This document shows, piece by piece, positions 50,409-60,029 of a stretch of 62,927 nucleotides of DNA (its first letter is position 1; the number at the start of each line of letters is the position of its first letter). Source of the DNA: an archaeon. GTDB taxonomy: Archaea > Hydrothermarchaeota > Hydrothermarchaeia > JALTZZ01. A program made the position numbers and the translations under genes. Location: the NCBI GenBank assembly GCA_027051165.1, contig JALTZZ010000048.1, positions 1 through 62,927 of the forward strand. Direction: 5' to 3'. The notes beneath the pieces are model-generated. The model had not been told where the DNA came from. It ran no database searches and saw only the letters and a program-made list of their open reading frames with translations.

Positions 50409-51242
50409 GTGAGCGGCTTGAGAGTTGGAGTAGCGGGAGCACTCGGAAGGATGGGCTCGCTTATATCAAGACGAGTCTATAATGAAAGCGACATGGAGCT
50501 AATATGTGCATTTGAAAGAGATGACAACGAGAATATAGGCAGAGACCTTGGCGAGCTCATAGGACTTGGGAGTATAGGTGTAAAAATAGACAGAAGCAGC
50601 GATATGAAGGATGTTTTGAAAGAAAAGAAGCCAGATGTTCTCATAGACTTCACATCCCCAGATGCAACGCCGAAAATCGCAAGAGCGTGTGCCGAAGAAG
50701 GCGTTAGCCTTATAATAGGAACCACGGGAATAAGCCCGGATAAGCTTAAGGAAATAGAGGAGCTCATAGTTAAAAACGGGGTTTCTGCAGTTATATCCCC
50801 GAACATGTCCCTCGGAATGAATGTCCTTTTTAAGCTCGTCAAAATTGCCGCTGAGGTTTTGAGAGATAAGGATTACGATGTGGAAATTATAGAGGCTCAC
50901 CACAGATTTAAAAAAGATTCTCCAAGCGGAACAGCTCTGAAGATAGGTGAAATTGTAGCAAAAGCTCTCGGAAGCCCTCTCGATGAGGTTGAGAGATACA
51001 GAGGTAGGGGAATATTTGAGAGAAAGAAAGGAGAAATAGGCTTCAGCGTTATAAGAGCTGGAGACATAGTCGGCGAGCATACAGTAATGTTCGCAACCCT
51101 CGGGGAGAGGCTTGAAATAAGGCATGTAGCTCATAGCAGAGAAGCTTTTGTAAACGGAGTTATAGCTGCAGTAAGATTTTTAAAGAATGCTGAAAAGGGA
51201 AAAATATACAACATGTTTGATGTGCTCGGATTAAGGGGATAG
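50409..51242 (+). CDS. dapB: 4-hydroxy-tetrahydrodipicolinate reductase
   Basis: [41 protein letters not shown]. Confidence 0.96.
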   Translation: MSGLRVGVAGALGRMGSLISRRVYNESDMELICAFERDDNENIGRDLGELIGLGSIGVKIDRSSDMKDVLKEKKPDVLIDFTSPDATPKIARACAEEGVSLIIGTTGISPDKLKEIEELIVKNGVSAVISPNMSLGMNVLFKLVKIAAEVLRDKDYDVEIIEAHHRFKKDSPSGTALKIGEIVAKALGSPLDEVERYRGRGIFERKKGEIGFSVIRAGDIVGEHTVMFATLGERLEIRHVAHSREAFVNGVIAAVRFLKNAEKGKIYNMFDVLGLRG

Positions 51243-51244
51243 AG

Positions 51245-52219
51245 ATGTTAGATACGATATGGGTTGAGAAGTATAGACCAAAAAAGCTCGATGAGATTGT
51301 GGGTCAAGAAGAAGTCGTTAAAAGGCTTAAGGGATATGTGGAAAACAGAAATCTGCCAAATCTTCTTTTTGCAGGCCCGCCTGGCACTGGAAAGACTACA
51401 GCAGCTCTCGCTCTCGCAAGGGAACTCTATGGAAGGGAGTGGAGAGCAAACTTTCTCGAACTTAATGCAAGTGATGAAAGAGGAATAGATGTTGTTCGAA
51501 CAAAGATAAAAGACTTTGCGAGAACGATGGCTATAGGCGGAGCTTTTAAGATAGTCTTTCTCGACGAAGCTGATGCACTAACAAAAGATGCACAGCATGC
51601 ACTGCGTAGAATAATGGAGATGTATGCCTCAACATGCAGATTCATACTGAGCTGCAACTATTCGAGCAAAATTATAGAGCCAATACAGTCGAGGTGTGCA
51701 CTCTTTAGATTCAAGCCCTTAGACGATGAGGCTGTAAAGAAGAGAATAATGTATATAGCGGAGAAAGAGGGACTTAAGCTGACGGAAGATGCTGTAAAGG
51801 CTATAATATATATAGCCGAAGGAGACCTAAGAAAAGCTATAAACACGCTGCAGTCAGCCGCAGCCTTTGGAAAGGAGATAGATGCAGATACGATATATAA
51901 GGTTGTCGCAAGAGCAAGACCAGAGGAAGTTAAGGAGATAATACTAAACGCGCTAAAGGGCAACTTTATACAGGCACGAGATAAGCTTAGAGAGCTTATG
52001 ATAAACTACGGAATGAGCGGTGAAGATATAATATCGCAACTTCATAGAGAAAGCCTTGGTTTAAAAATTCCGGAGAGAGCAAAGGTAGCCTTGGTGGATG
52101 TAATAGGAGAATACGATTTTAGAATAAGAGAAGGAAGCAATGAACTTATTCAGCTCGAAGCACTCTTAGCACAGTTTCTCAGAATAGGGAGAGAGATCAA
52201 GGAAGGGAAGTATGATTAG
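51245..52219 (+). CDS. rfcS: Replication factor C small subunit (no intein)
   Basis: [41 protein letters not shown]. Confidence 0.97.
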   Translation: MLDTIWVEKYRPKKLDEIVGQEEVVKRLKGYVENRNLPNLLFAGPPGTGKTTAALALARELYGREWRANFLELNASDERGIDVVRTKIKDFARTMAIGGAFKIVFLDEADALTKDAQHALRRIMEMYASTCRFILSCNYSSKIIEPIQSRCALFRFKPLDDEAVKKRIMYIAEKEGLKLTEDAVKAIIYIAEGDLRKAINTLQSAAAFGKEIDADTIYKVVARARPEEVKEIILNALKGNFIQARDKLRELMINYGMSGEDIISQLHRESLGLKIPERAKVALVDVIGEYDFRIREGSNELIQLEALLAQFLRIGREIKEGKYD

Positions 52220-52254
52220 AAAGATTTATCTTCTATGAATGAAAACCCTTAAAC

Positions 52255-53097
52255 ATGGACATAAACTATATACTCCAGAACATTACTAAACCGCCATATA
52301 TTTATGTTCTCGTTGGAGTTTCTTTGCTTGTTGTTCTTATTTTAATAATTTTCGTGAAAAAAAGAAGAAAAAGGAGAGAAGAAAGCGAACATATAGAGTT
52401 TGAAGAAGAATTTAGAGAGGAATTTGAAGAAGGGATTAGAGACAGAGAGCATGAAGCAGAGAAGTTAAGGAAGGAAAAGGAGGAGTGTGAAAGGGAACTT
52501 TCCGAAATTAAAGAAAAATTTTCAAAAGAAATTGAAGAAAAAACGAGAAAAATAAAGGGGCTTGAGAAAAAATTAAGTGAATATAAAGAGGACATCTTAA
52601 AAATAAATGCACTTAGAGATGAAGTTGAATACCTTCAAAAACGCTTTGGCGAGCTTGAGCAGGAGAAAAAGAAGGCTATAGAGGAGTGCGACAATAGAGT
52701 AAAGAAGGAGAGGGAAGCGTGTGAAGAAAAAATAAAAAAGCTTGAAGAAAAGATGGAAAACATGATAGCAGAGTTCGAAGTGGAGAAGCAGAGGATCAGA
52801 AACGAGCTTCAGAAGAAAATTTACGAGCTCGAAGAAAAGCTTAAGAGGGCTCAGGAAACCATAGAAAGGAGCGAAGAAGTATTCAACGAAAGGCTTAAAG
52901 AGGAGCTTAAAAAGAAAGATAAAGAATGCAGAAAAAGAATAGAGGAAATAAAGGAGAAAACTAAGTTAACTCTTGCAGAAATTAAGAAGGAAAAGGATGT
53001 CATTATAGAAGAACTTAGAAAGGAAAATAACGCTCTTAAAAATGAAATAAATGAATTGAAGGAAAAAATAAGGATGCTTGAAATAGAGAGGCTTTAG
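52255..53097 (+). CDS. N-terminally membrane-anchored long coiled-coil protein
   Basis: Single TM followed by KKRRKRR, then about 230 aa of E/K-rich heptads with periodic Cys. Confidence 0.8.
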   Translation: MDINYILQNITKPPYIYVLVGVSLLVVLILIIFVKKRRKRREESEHIEFEEEFREEFEEGIRDREHEAEKLRKEKEECERELSEIKEKFSKEIEEKTRKIKGLEKKLSEYKEDILKINALRDEVEYLQKRFGELEQEKKKAIEECDNRVKKEREACEEKIKKLEEKMENMIAEFEVEKQRIRNELQKKIYELEEKLKRAQETIERSEEVFNERLKEELKKKDKECRKRIEEIKEKTKLTLAEIKKEKDVIIEELRKENNALKNEINELKEKIRMLEIERL

Positions 53098-53724
53098 GTG
53101 GTAGATATGGACTATACTATACCTCTTGCATCTGGAGTGGTGTTTTTTTTAATTACAACGCTTATATTTTTCTCTAAATATAGAGAAGCAAAAAGAAGAG
53201 TTTTAAATCTGCAGGTTGAGCTTTCGAATCTCGACACAGAGAGGGTAGAGCTTACAAGAGACATAGAACACCTTAAAGATGAGAACAGGCAACTAAAAGA
53301 GGAAATTGAGAAAATAAGGAAGGAGTATGAAAAAAGGTTTGAAGAGCTTAAGGAAAAAGAGATGAAAGTTAAAGAGCTTGAAGAAAATTTAAGAGAAGAG
53401 ATGCTTAAAATAAGTGCAATAAAAGAGTCTCTTGAGATGCACAGAAAAAAGATAGGTATCCTTGAAGAAGAGAAAATAGAGCTTGAAAGGAAGATATCAA
53501 AGCTGAAAGAGGAATATGAAAAGAAAATAGATGAAGTCAGAAAGAAGGCTGAGCTGAGAGAAAGGGAGCTAAAGGAAAAAACAAAGGAACTCGTTAAGAA
53601 GTATTTTGAAGAAAAGGATAAAACAATTGAAGAGCTTAGAAGGGAGAACGAGGAGTTAAAGAAGAAGGTCGAAGTTTTGAAGGAGAGGCTAAGCTTGTGG
53701 GAGGCTGTCGGCGATCTTGAGTAG
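53098..53724 (+). CDS. N-terminally membrane-anchored coiled-coil protein (paralog-like of the upstream gene)
   Basis: Single TM then E/K heptads; shares the ...KEKTK...EKD..IEELR.EN..LK motif with the upstream ORF. Confidence 0.8.
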   Translation: MVDMDYTIPLASGVVFFLITTLIFFSKYREAKRRVLNLQVELSNLDTERVELTRDIEHLKDENRQLKEEIEKIRKEYEKRFEELKEKEMKVKELEENLREEMLKISAIKESLEMHRKKIGILEEEKIELERKISKLKEEYEKKIDEVRKKAELRERELKEKTKELVKKYFEEKDKTIEELRRENEELKKKVEVLKERLSLWEAVGDLE

Positions 53725-53725
53725 A

Positions 53726-54499
53726 TCAGCCTATATATCTCGTCTCCTCTTCGCTCGGTTCCTTTTGTATTATTCCTAAATCTTCTATTATTCTTCTTTC
53801 AACCTTTGTTATTTCGGCAATTTTTTTCTTTGAGGCTTTTGCTTTTTCTTTCAGCTTTTCGACATCTATTTCTACTTCTATAAGCTCAGTTAAAACTCTT
53901 AGCACGGCTAAAGCTGCATTGTGATCTATGTATAGCCCAGAGGTTTCTCCCATTAAGCATACACCGTCTATTCCTCTTAGCTTTCCCAGTGCAAGAAGAA
54001 GCCCGCTTACCCCAATTAATTGACCGACTGCATCTCTCTTCACAACAACGCCAAGCTCTTCAAGCTTTTTAACAAACTTCTTGCTTGTAACTGCAGCGAA
54101 TACCTTAGGCTTTTCAACAAACCTGCCCACACCTAAGCCGCCGAGAGTGTATATTGTTTTTATTCCGAACTGCTGTGTAAAATTCAAAATCTCTTCGGTA
54201 AGCTTATACTGACCCTCTGGAGAAGTGCTTTGAGTATTTCCGGTAACAATTATAAATTCTTTTTCATCCTTCTTGTAGTAGTAAAAGCTGTTCTTCATTG
54301 GAGCTATCAAGCCGCTCTTTCTTATAATAACGTTTGGCGGAAACGTGTCTGAATAGAGCGTTGCAAACTTCTTTGCCCTAAGCTCTCTTATAAGATACTT
54401 TGCTGCAATTTTTCCAACATTTCCTATCCCGGGCAAACCCTCAATTAAAATTGGATTTTCAAGCTTAGGTTTTTTATAAACCTCAATCTTAAATTTCAT
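53726..54499 (-). CDS. Proteasome assembly chaperone (PAC2) family protein
   Basis: IEGLPGIGNVGKIA, YTLGG, CLMGETSG, C-terminal YIG; conserved synteny with nop10 and aIF2-alpha. Confidence 0.9.
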   Translation of the reverse strand: MKFKIEVYKKPKLENPILIEGLPGIGNVGKIAAKYLIRELRAKKFATLYSDTFPPNVIIRKSGLIAPMKNSFYYYKKDEKEFIIVTGNTQSTSPEGQYKLTEEILNFTQQFGIKTIYTLGGLGVGRFVEKPKVFAAVTSKKFVKKLEELGVVVKRDAVGQLIGVSGLLLALGKLRGIDGVCLMGETSGLYIDHNAALAVLRVLTELIEVEIDVEKLKEKAKASKKKIAEITKVERRIIEDLGIIQKEPSEEETRYIG

Positions 54500-54511
54500 T
54501 TATTCATCTCC

Positions 54512-54688
54512 TTATATTTCACCTCTAGCTTTAAGAATTTCAAGCTTGAGCTTTCTCCTATATTTTCCAAACCTATCCTCTGGAGAGAATCTTGGAGGAT
54601 GCGGGGTTACAGTATTCTCACCACAGAGCTTGCACACATCTTTAAGTGTGTAAATCTTGCATTTCTTGCAGAACTTCAAAACGCTCAT
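54512..54688 (-). CDS. nop10: H/ACA RNP protein Nop10 (58 aa, absent from the ORF track)
   Basis: MSVLKFCKKCKIYTLKDVCKLCGENTVTPHPPRFSPEDRFGKYRR. Confidence 0.95.
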   Translation of the reverse strand: MSVLKFCKKCKIYTLKDVCKLCGENTVTPHPPRFSPEDRFGKYRRKLKLEILKARGEI

Positions 54689-55476
54689 TTCACCCTCACG
54701 AATTTACCTTCTCCACCGTTCTTTTTTATGTAATCGAGAACGAAATCTGTAACTTTTTTCAGAGCTTCTTCTGCTGTTTTATAATCCTGAGCCTTTATAA
54801 CAACCTTATATTTTGGTGCACCCACGTAGAATATATCAATTTTTGCTCCATCGAGAGATAAATTTTTAGCCTTTATGAGAGTATCCTTTATAACCTCAAC
54901 ACCATTGCTTTTGCTGCATCTAAGCTCGAAATATCCAGAAATTTTAACCTCTGGAAGGGTTACGTTCTCTTTAACAACTTTAATCAGAACATCTTTCCAT
55001 TTCTTAGGTATTCTTAACCCTTTTAAAGCTTTTTCTCCAAACTCTACAATTTCCTCGAATCCATCATATATCTCCCCAAATTTTTCTTCGAGTTTAAATC
55101 CAACCTTCTGATAAGCCTCATCAAGTGTTGCACCAAGCTCTTTAGCCATTATTTCGAGAAGCTTCTCCGCTTTCTGTGCTCGTTTCCACTCCTGAATTTT
55201 CTGCTTTCTTTGGGATTGTGTAACTCTTCTTATTGAAAGATCAATATGCCCCTTCTTTGGATTTACCTCTAAAACCTTTGCAACAACTTTCTGTCCTTCT
55301 TTAACAAAGTCTCTTATGTTCCTTATCCACGTGGATGCAACCTCACTTATGTGAATATAGCCCTCTTTACCCCCATACTCATCGAGCTTGCAGAATGCAC
55401 CGTGAGGTTCTACCTTCGTTATTGTGCAGATTACAAAGTCCCCTTTGCTTGGATAAGGATCCTTACGCCTTACCAT
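54685..55476 (-). CDS. eif2a: Translation initiation factor aIF-2 alpha
   Basis: S1 domain GAFCKLDEY..KEGYIHISEVA, GHIDLSIRRV, YVGAPKY. Confidence 0.96.
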   Translation of the reverse strand: MVRRKDPYPSKGDFVICTITKVEPHGAFCKLDEYGGKEGYIHISEVASTWIRNIRDFVKEGQKVVAKVLEVNPKKGHIDLSIRRVTQSQRKQKIQEWKRAQKAEKLLEIMAKELGATLDEAYQKVGFKLEEKFGEIYDGFEEIVEFGEKALKGLRIPKKWKDVLIKVVKENVTLPEVKISGYFELRCSKSNGVEVIKDTLIKAKNLSLDGAKIDIFYVGAPKYKVVIKAQDYKTAEEALKKVTDFVLDYIKKNGGEGKFVRVK

Positions 55477-55661
55477 TATTCAAGCACGCTCACAATTTTT
55501 GTTAATATCTTAGCCTTCCCCCCAGTAGGCTCGGCAAGAGTTCTTCCGCATACTAAGCACTTAACAACCGTAGAGGCACAACCAAATATAACTTGCTCAT
55601 TCCCGCAGTCGTTGCACTTAACTCTCAGAAACTTGCTTCTTGGCTGAGTTATCAGCTCCAT
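55476..55661 (-). CDS. rps27e: 30S ribosomal protein S27e
   Basis: [20 protein letters not shown]...CLVCG...PTGGKA. Confidence 0.96.
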   Translation of the reverse strand: MELITQPRSKFLRVKCNDCGNEQVIFGCASTVVKCLVCGRTLAEPTGGKAKILTKIVSVLE

Positions 55662-55677
55662 AATAACACCTCGCAGC

Positions 55678-55956
55678 TTATACTTCTACAAGCTCAAACC
55701 TTTTAACCCTAAAACCTTTTATGCTGTGCGACTTACCACAAACCTTACATCTAAGCAGAAGAGCCACCTTTTTCGTAGGTTTCGATCTATCTGGCTTTGC
55801 TCTTGGAAAGCTTCCATAACCTTTAAGTTTTCTTCTGAATCTTCTCTGCCCCTCACTCAGCTCACTGGCTTGCTTCTTTTTAACTTTGACCACTTCATGC
55901 TCTGTATGTTTTCTGCAACTTGGGCAAAACGTCCTTTTAACCTTTGGATACTTCAT
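55678..55956 (-). CDS. rpl44e: 50S ribosomal protein L44e
   Basis: [34 protein letters not shown]; start at ATG 55956. Confidence 0.96.
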   Translation of the reverse strand: MKYPKVKRTFCPSCRKHTEHEVVKVKKKQASELSEGQRRFRRKLKGYGSFPRAKPDRSKPTKKVALLLRCKVCGKSHSIKGFRVKRFELVEV

Positions 55957-56026
55957 TTTTAAGCACCCTGTATTCGTTGACAATCCTCTCTTTAACGATT
56001 AACTGATTAAAAAATTATTAAAGAGA

Positions 56027-56668
56027 TTAGACTCTGTCGAGGTAGTCATACATTATTATGCTCTCGATTTCCATAAGAATTTTTGATATGTTGCTCTTTG
56101 ACATCCCAAGCTTTTTTGCAAGATCCTTTTGAGTAGCTTTTCTTGGTATGGAATAATATCCCATTCTTAAGGCTTCCTTTAGGACTTCTTTATATTTTTT
56201 CGGAAGTATTATTGTATTTCTTTGCTCTTGTGCTCTTAGAAGTTCAATATCATATCCCATTATATCCATGAGCTTAAGAAATGTCTTCTTTGTCTTTGAA
56301 TCCGCTATTATTGTTCCAGAAACAATTCCTTTTTTTATTTTTACTGGCATTTCTATTATAACTCCGCTTATGTAAAATGCTGGAAGCGGAACAATTCTTT
56401 TAGCTCTCACATAAAATGCTGCTGAATCCTTTAGCTTTTTAATAATAGTCATATGCTTCACAGATTTGTGAAGAAAAACTTCTTTCAAAAAATCCTTGAA
56501 TCCTTCTCCACGAACGGATACGTGTGCATTGTAGTGACTAAAGCCGTGCCATGTAAAACTGTTGATAAAGACCTCTATTTTCGGATATTTTGCTGTCAGT
56601 GACGTCCAGCAACCCTTTGGTGCTGGCATTTTTAAAGAGTAAAACATAGGCTCATGAGGTGGCATCAA
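56027..56668 (-). CDS. Bat/HTH_10-type transcriptional regulator
   Basis: C-terminal ALRMGYYSIPRKATQKDLAKKLGMSKSNI. Confidence 0.85.
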   Translation of the reverse strand: MMPPHEPMFYSLKMPAPKGCWTSLTAKYPKIEVFINSFTWHGFSHYNAHVSVRGEGFKDFLKEVFLHKSVKHMTIIKKLKDSAAFYVRAKRIVPLPAFYISGVIIEMPVKIKKGIVSGTIIADSKTKKTFLKLMDIMGYDIELLRAQEQRNTIILPKKYKEVLKEALRMGYYSIPRKATQKDLAKKLGMSKSNISKILMEIESIIMYDYLDRV

Positions 56669-56772
56669 TGAATAACTGTATTCATCACGTATGAAAACTT
56701 TTTCCTAAGAATTTGAGAACGATGTTCACAATTATCAAAAAGGTTATAAATGTTGAGCGAAAAGATTAGTCT

Positions 56773-57435
56773 ATGCAAACCAAGCAGAGGTTTGTTTTAG
56801 ATACAACAGCCCTTACCTCCGTAGAAATAAGAAATGGGGACTTGTGCACGACGATAAGGAATGTATTGCATCTAATAGCTAAAGCGAGAATGAAGCTGAA
56901 CATAAGCTGTCATATACCATTTCCAAGCGTTTATGAGGAGCTTATAAATTTTATAAAGAGATATAACTGTGGAGAGGATATAATAACGGAAATTGATACA
57001 TGGCTTGTTAAAAAAACACCAAACAGATTTGAAGTAAAAATTCCAGCTGAAGTTTTCTTTGAATATATAAAGGATATGAGGGAGAGAATGAACAAGGGAA
57101 TGAGAGTTGCAGAAGAAGCTATACTTAAGGCTACAAATGAAGCTCTTAGATTTGCAAACGAAAAAGATAAGGAGGAGATAATTCGCGAGAACGTTGGTAA
57201 GGTTATAAACGAATTCAGGGCGAAGTATAGGAATGCACTAAGGTATGGAACCCTCGACAGCGCACCAGATTTGGATGTTCTACTGCTCGCAAAGGAGATG
57301 GATGCTGGCGTTGTTGCAAGTGACGACGGCATAAGAAAGTGGGCTGAAAAGCTTGGACTTAGGTTTGTAGATGGTAGAGCCTTTCCTAAGATGCTTGAGG
57401 AATATCTGCGATTTGTTGAGGGAAAGGAAGAGTAA
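56773..57435 (+). CDS. HARP, minimal protein-only RNase P homolog (PIN-like, UPF0278)
   Basis: [48 protein letters not shown]. Confidence 0.88.
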   Translation: MQTKQRFVLDTTALTSVEIRNGDLCTTIRNVLHLIAKARMKLNISCHIPFPSVYEELINFIKRYNCGEDIITEIDTWLVKKTPNRFEVKIPAEVFFEYIKDMRERMNKGMRVAEEAILKATNEALRFANEKDKEEIIRENVGKVINEFRAKYRNALRYGTLDSAPDLDVLLLAKEMDAGVVASDDGIRKWAEKLGLRFVDGRAFPKMLEEYLRFVEGKEE

Positions 57436-57447
57436 AGGTGAGGTGGA

Positions 57448-58686
57448 ATGTTTACGAGACCAAGAGGAACAAGAGACTTTTTGCCAGAAGAAATGAAAAA
57501 GAGAAGAAAAGTTGAAAATATAATAAGAAAGGTTTTTGAAAGCTATGGCTATGAAGAGATCATGACACCGACATTTGAGCATATAGAGCTTATAACAGCA
57601 AAATCTGGTGAGGAAATTAGAAGAAGCATATATAATTTTAGAGATAAGGGAAACAGAGAGCTTGCACTTAGACCTGAGCTTACAGCTCCGGTTATGCGTG
57701 TATATGCAAACGAACTACAGTTTAAGCCAAAGCCCATAAGACTATACTACATAGCAAACTGTTTCAGATACGAGAGACCTCAAGCTGGGAGATTTAGGGA
57801 GTTCTGGCAGGCAGGAGTTGAGCTCATTGGAAGCTCCTCACCCATGGCTGTAGCGGAAATAATAGCACTTGCCGACGATGTTCTAAAAAAGCTTGGCTTG
57901 AAAGATTATGAGATAAATATAGGACATATTGGAATTCTCAGAAAGATTCTTTCTGAAGTTGATGAAAAAAAGCAAAATTTAATACTACATTATGTTGATA
58001 AAGGGGAGCTTGGAGTTGTTGAAGATATGCTTAAAAATGAAAAAGTAGATAAAGAACTCTTCTTTAAAGTTTTAAAAATGGAAGGAGATAGAGATATATT
58101 AGATGAGATTAATAATGGATTATTAAAGGATTATGTGAAAGATTTCTCAAGAACTCTTGATATACTCGATATTTTTGGAGTAAAATATAAAATAAACCTT
58201 GGAATTGCAAGAGGGCTTGAATACTATAGCGGCGTTGTTTTTGAGATATATGCGAAGAGACTTGGTGCTCAAAAGCAGATATGCGGCGGGGGAGTATACA
58301 GCTTAGCCCACGTTTTCGGAGCAAAGCCCACCCCAACATGCGGCTTTGCATTCGGATTTGATAGGCTCATCTTAGCCCTTGAAAAAGAAAACTTACTCAG
58401 CGATGATAAGAAACCAAGATTCCTCTTAATACCAATGGTCCTCAAAAAAGAAGTATTCGATGTAGCCAGAATTGTGAGGAAATACTTTGCTTGCGAAATG
58501 GAGGTTATGGAAAGGAAGCTTAAAAAAGCTCTTGAATATGCAAATACAAGAAGAATAACTCATGTTTTAATCTTGGGAGAGGATGAGCTAAAGAGAAAGG
58601 AGGTTGCTGTGAAGGATATGGAAAAGAACGTTCAGATAAATATAAAGATAGATGAGCTTGAGGAATATCTAAAAAAATTAAAATAA
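57448..58686 (+). CDS. hisS: Histidyl-tRNA synthetase
   Basis: RPRGTRDF, LALRPELTAP, FRYERPQAGRFREFWQAG, RGLEYYSG, GGGVY. Confidence 0.97.
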   Translation: MFTRPRGTRDFLPEEMKKRRKVENIIRKVFESYGYEEIMTPTFEHIELITAKSGEEIRRSIYNFRDKGNRELALRPELTAPVMRVYANELQFKPKPIRLYYIANCFRYERPQAGRFREFWQAGVELIGSSSPMAVAEIIALADDVLKKLGLKDYEINIGHIGILRKILSEVDEKKQNLILHYVDKGELGVVEDMLKNEKVDKELFFKVLKMEGDRDILDEINNGLLKDYVKDFSRTLDILDIFGVKYKINLGIARGLEYYSGVVFEIYAKRLGAQKQICGGGVYSLAHVFGAKPTPTCGFAFGFDRLILALEKENLLSDDKKPRFLLIPMVLKKEVFDVARIVRKYFACEMEVMERKLKKALEYANTRRITHVLILGEDELKRKEVAVKDMEKNVQINIKIDELEEYLKKLK

Positions 58687-59865
58687 CCATCTTTTTGCTT
58701 TTTTATTAAAGTTTTTAGTAATCAATAAAGGAGTTTTTTCAACATCTTTATAATCTTTATAATCTTTTTCGCTGATTAAAATTTTGAAAAGATTTTCGAG
58801 CATTTTAACGACTCTCTTAGCGCTGTTTTCTCTCGCATATATTTCCGCAGCTTCTAATACCTTGGTTCTGTATTCACTATCTTCAATTAATCTCTCTATT
58901 TTTTTAACTAAGTCCTGAACGTCGTTATATATGACCGCAGGCTTAACGCCGTTTATACTTGGCAACGTCTCGAAGTGTCTCGTGTTTGGCACAACAGTTG
59001 GACACAGCGAGGATAGACACTGACAGAGCGTTGAGGAAACAACAATATACCTCGTTTTTCCTTTTGGTAAAAGGTGAACATCCGCGTTTTCAAGGTATTT
59101 GTAAATTTCTTCTGTATCTGGTCTATCGGATATCTGATATATCCATGGCTCTTTAACACTCAGCAAGCCGTTTGATCTGACAATTTTATAAGTAAGATTG
59201 TATTTTCTTCTTAGCTTTTTAAGAGCGTTGATGTAGTCATTGTATTCTGATATAGGTTGTCTACCAAAACTGAAGAATGTAATTTCATTCCCTTTTTCTT
59301 TATTTATTTCCTTTTTTCTTCTCCTAACATATTCTTCATCATATATGCACGGATATGGAACTATATGAATTTTCTCTGGACTGCACATGCTTCCTACAAT
59401 TTCTTTTATAAATCTGTCGTCAAAAACAACTACTGCATCGAATATGTCGAGGGAGGAATATTTTATATGATCTCTGCATCCTTCATGAATTATTACCATT
59501 GTTTTACTCTTCTTTTTTATTTTAGGCAGTATTTCTTCTATTTCTTTATACGGAATGCTTGCGTATGATTCAACGATAAAAACATCGAAATCTTCTGAAA
59601 GTATTAGATTTTTATCTATTTTACCTCCTTTTCCATTAGGATCAACTTCTTCGTAGCACCTTATAACAAAATCTTCATCTTCTTTTCTTATAATCTTGTG
59701 GTGCCACCACTTGTTTGCACTCTCGCGTGTAGGAGCAAAAACTGTAATATCGTAATTCTTTTTTAGAAATTCATTAACTATAAGCTCGGCATGCATTGAT
59801 ATTCCACATGTGGCGTTCCATCTGCTCAGAACGGCTATTTTCTTCATATATTTATTATAGTTCAT
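58678..59865 (-). CDS. Glycosyltransferase, GT-B fold (GT4-like)
   Basis: SRWNATCGISMHAELIV N-terminal motif, FFSFGR, ADVHLLP, DLVKKIERLIED C-terminal helix. Confidence 0.65.
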   Translation of the reverse strand: MNYNKYMKKIAVLSRWNATCGISMHAELIVNEFLKKNYDITVFAPTRESANKWWHHKIIRKEDEDFVIRCYEEVDPNGKGGKIDKNLILSEDFDVFIVESYASIPYKEIEEILPKIKKKSKTMVIIHEGCRDHIKYSSLDIFDAVVVFDDRFIKEIVGSMCSPEKIHIVPYPCIYDEEYVRRRKKEINKEKGNEITFFSFGRQPISEYNDYINALKKLRRKYNLTYKIVRSNGLLSVKEPWIYQISDRPDTEEIYKYLENADVHLLPKGKTRYIVVSSTLCQCLSSLCPTVVPNTRHFETLPSINGVKPAVIYNDVQDLVKKIERLIEDSEYRTKVLEAAEIYARENSAKRVVKMLENLFKILISEKDYKDYKDVEKTPLLITKNFNKKAKRWLF

Positions 59866-60029
59866 TCACAACATAAACTTTTCTATATAGGGCTGATGAT
59901 TATTAATTAGCAAATAATGATCAAATATTTTATCAAATATATTAATATAATTTATTTGTGTTATTTATAAGTTGTAAATGAAGGTGTTCATAGATATATT
60001 TTTGTTTGTTTATCTTCAGTTCTATGTGC

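Noticed and set aside
51245-52219. Intein in RFC small subunit
   Set aside because: The protein is 324 aa with a contiguous Walker A region; no insertion
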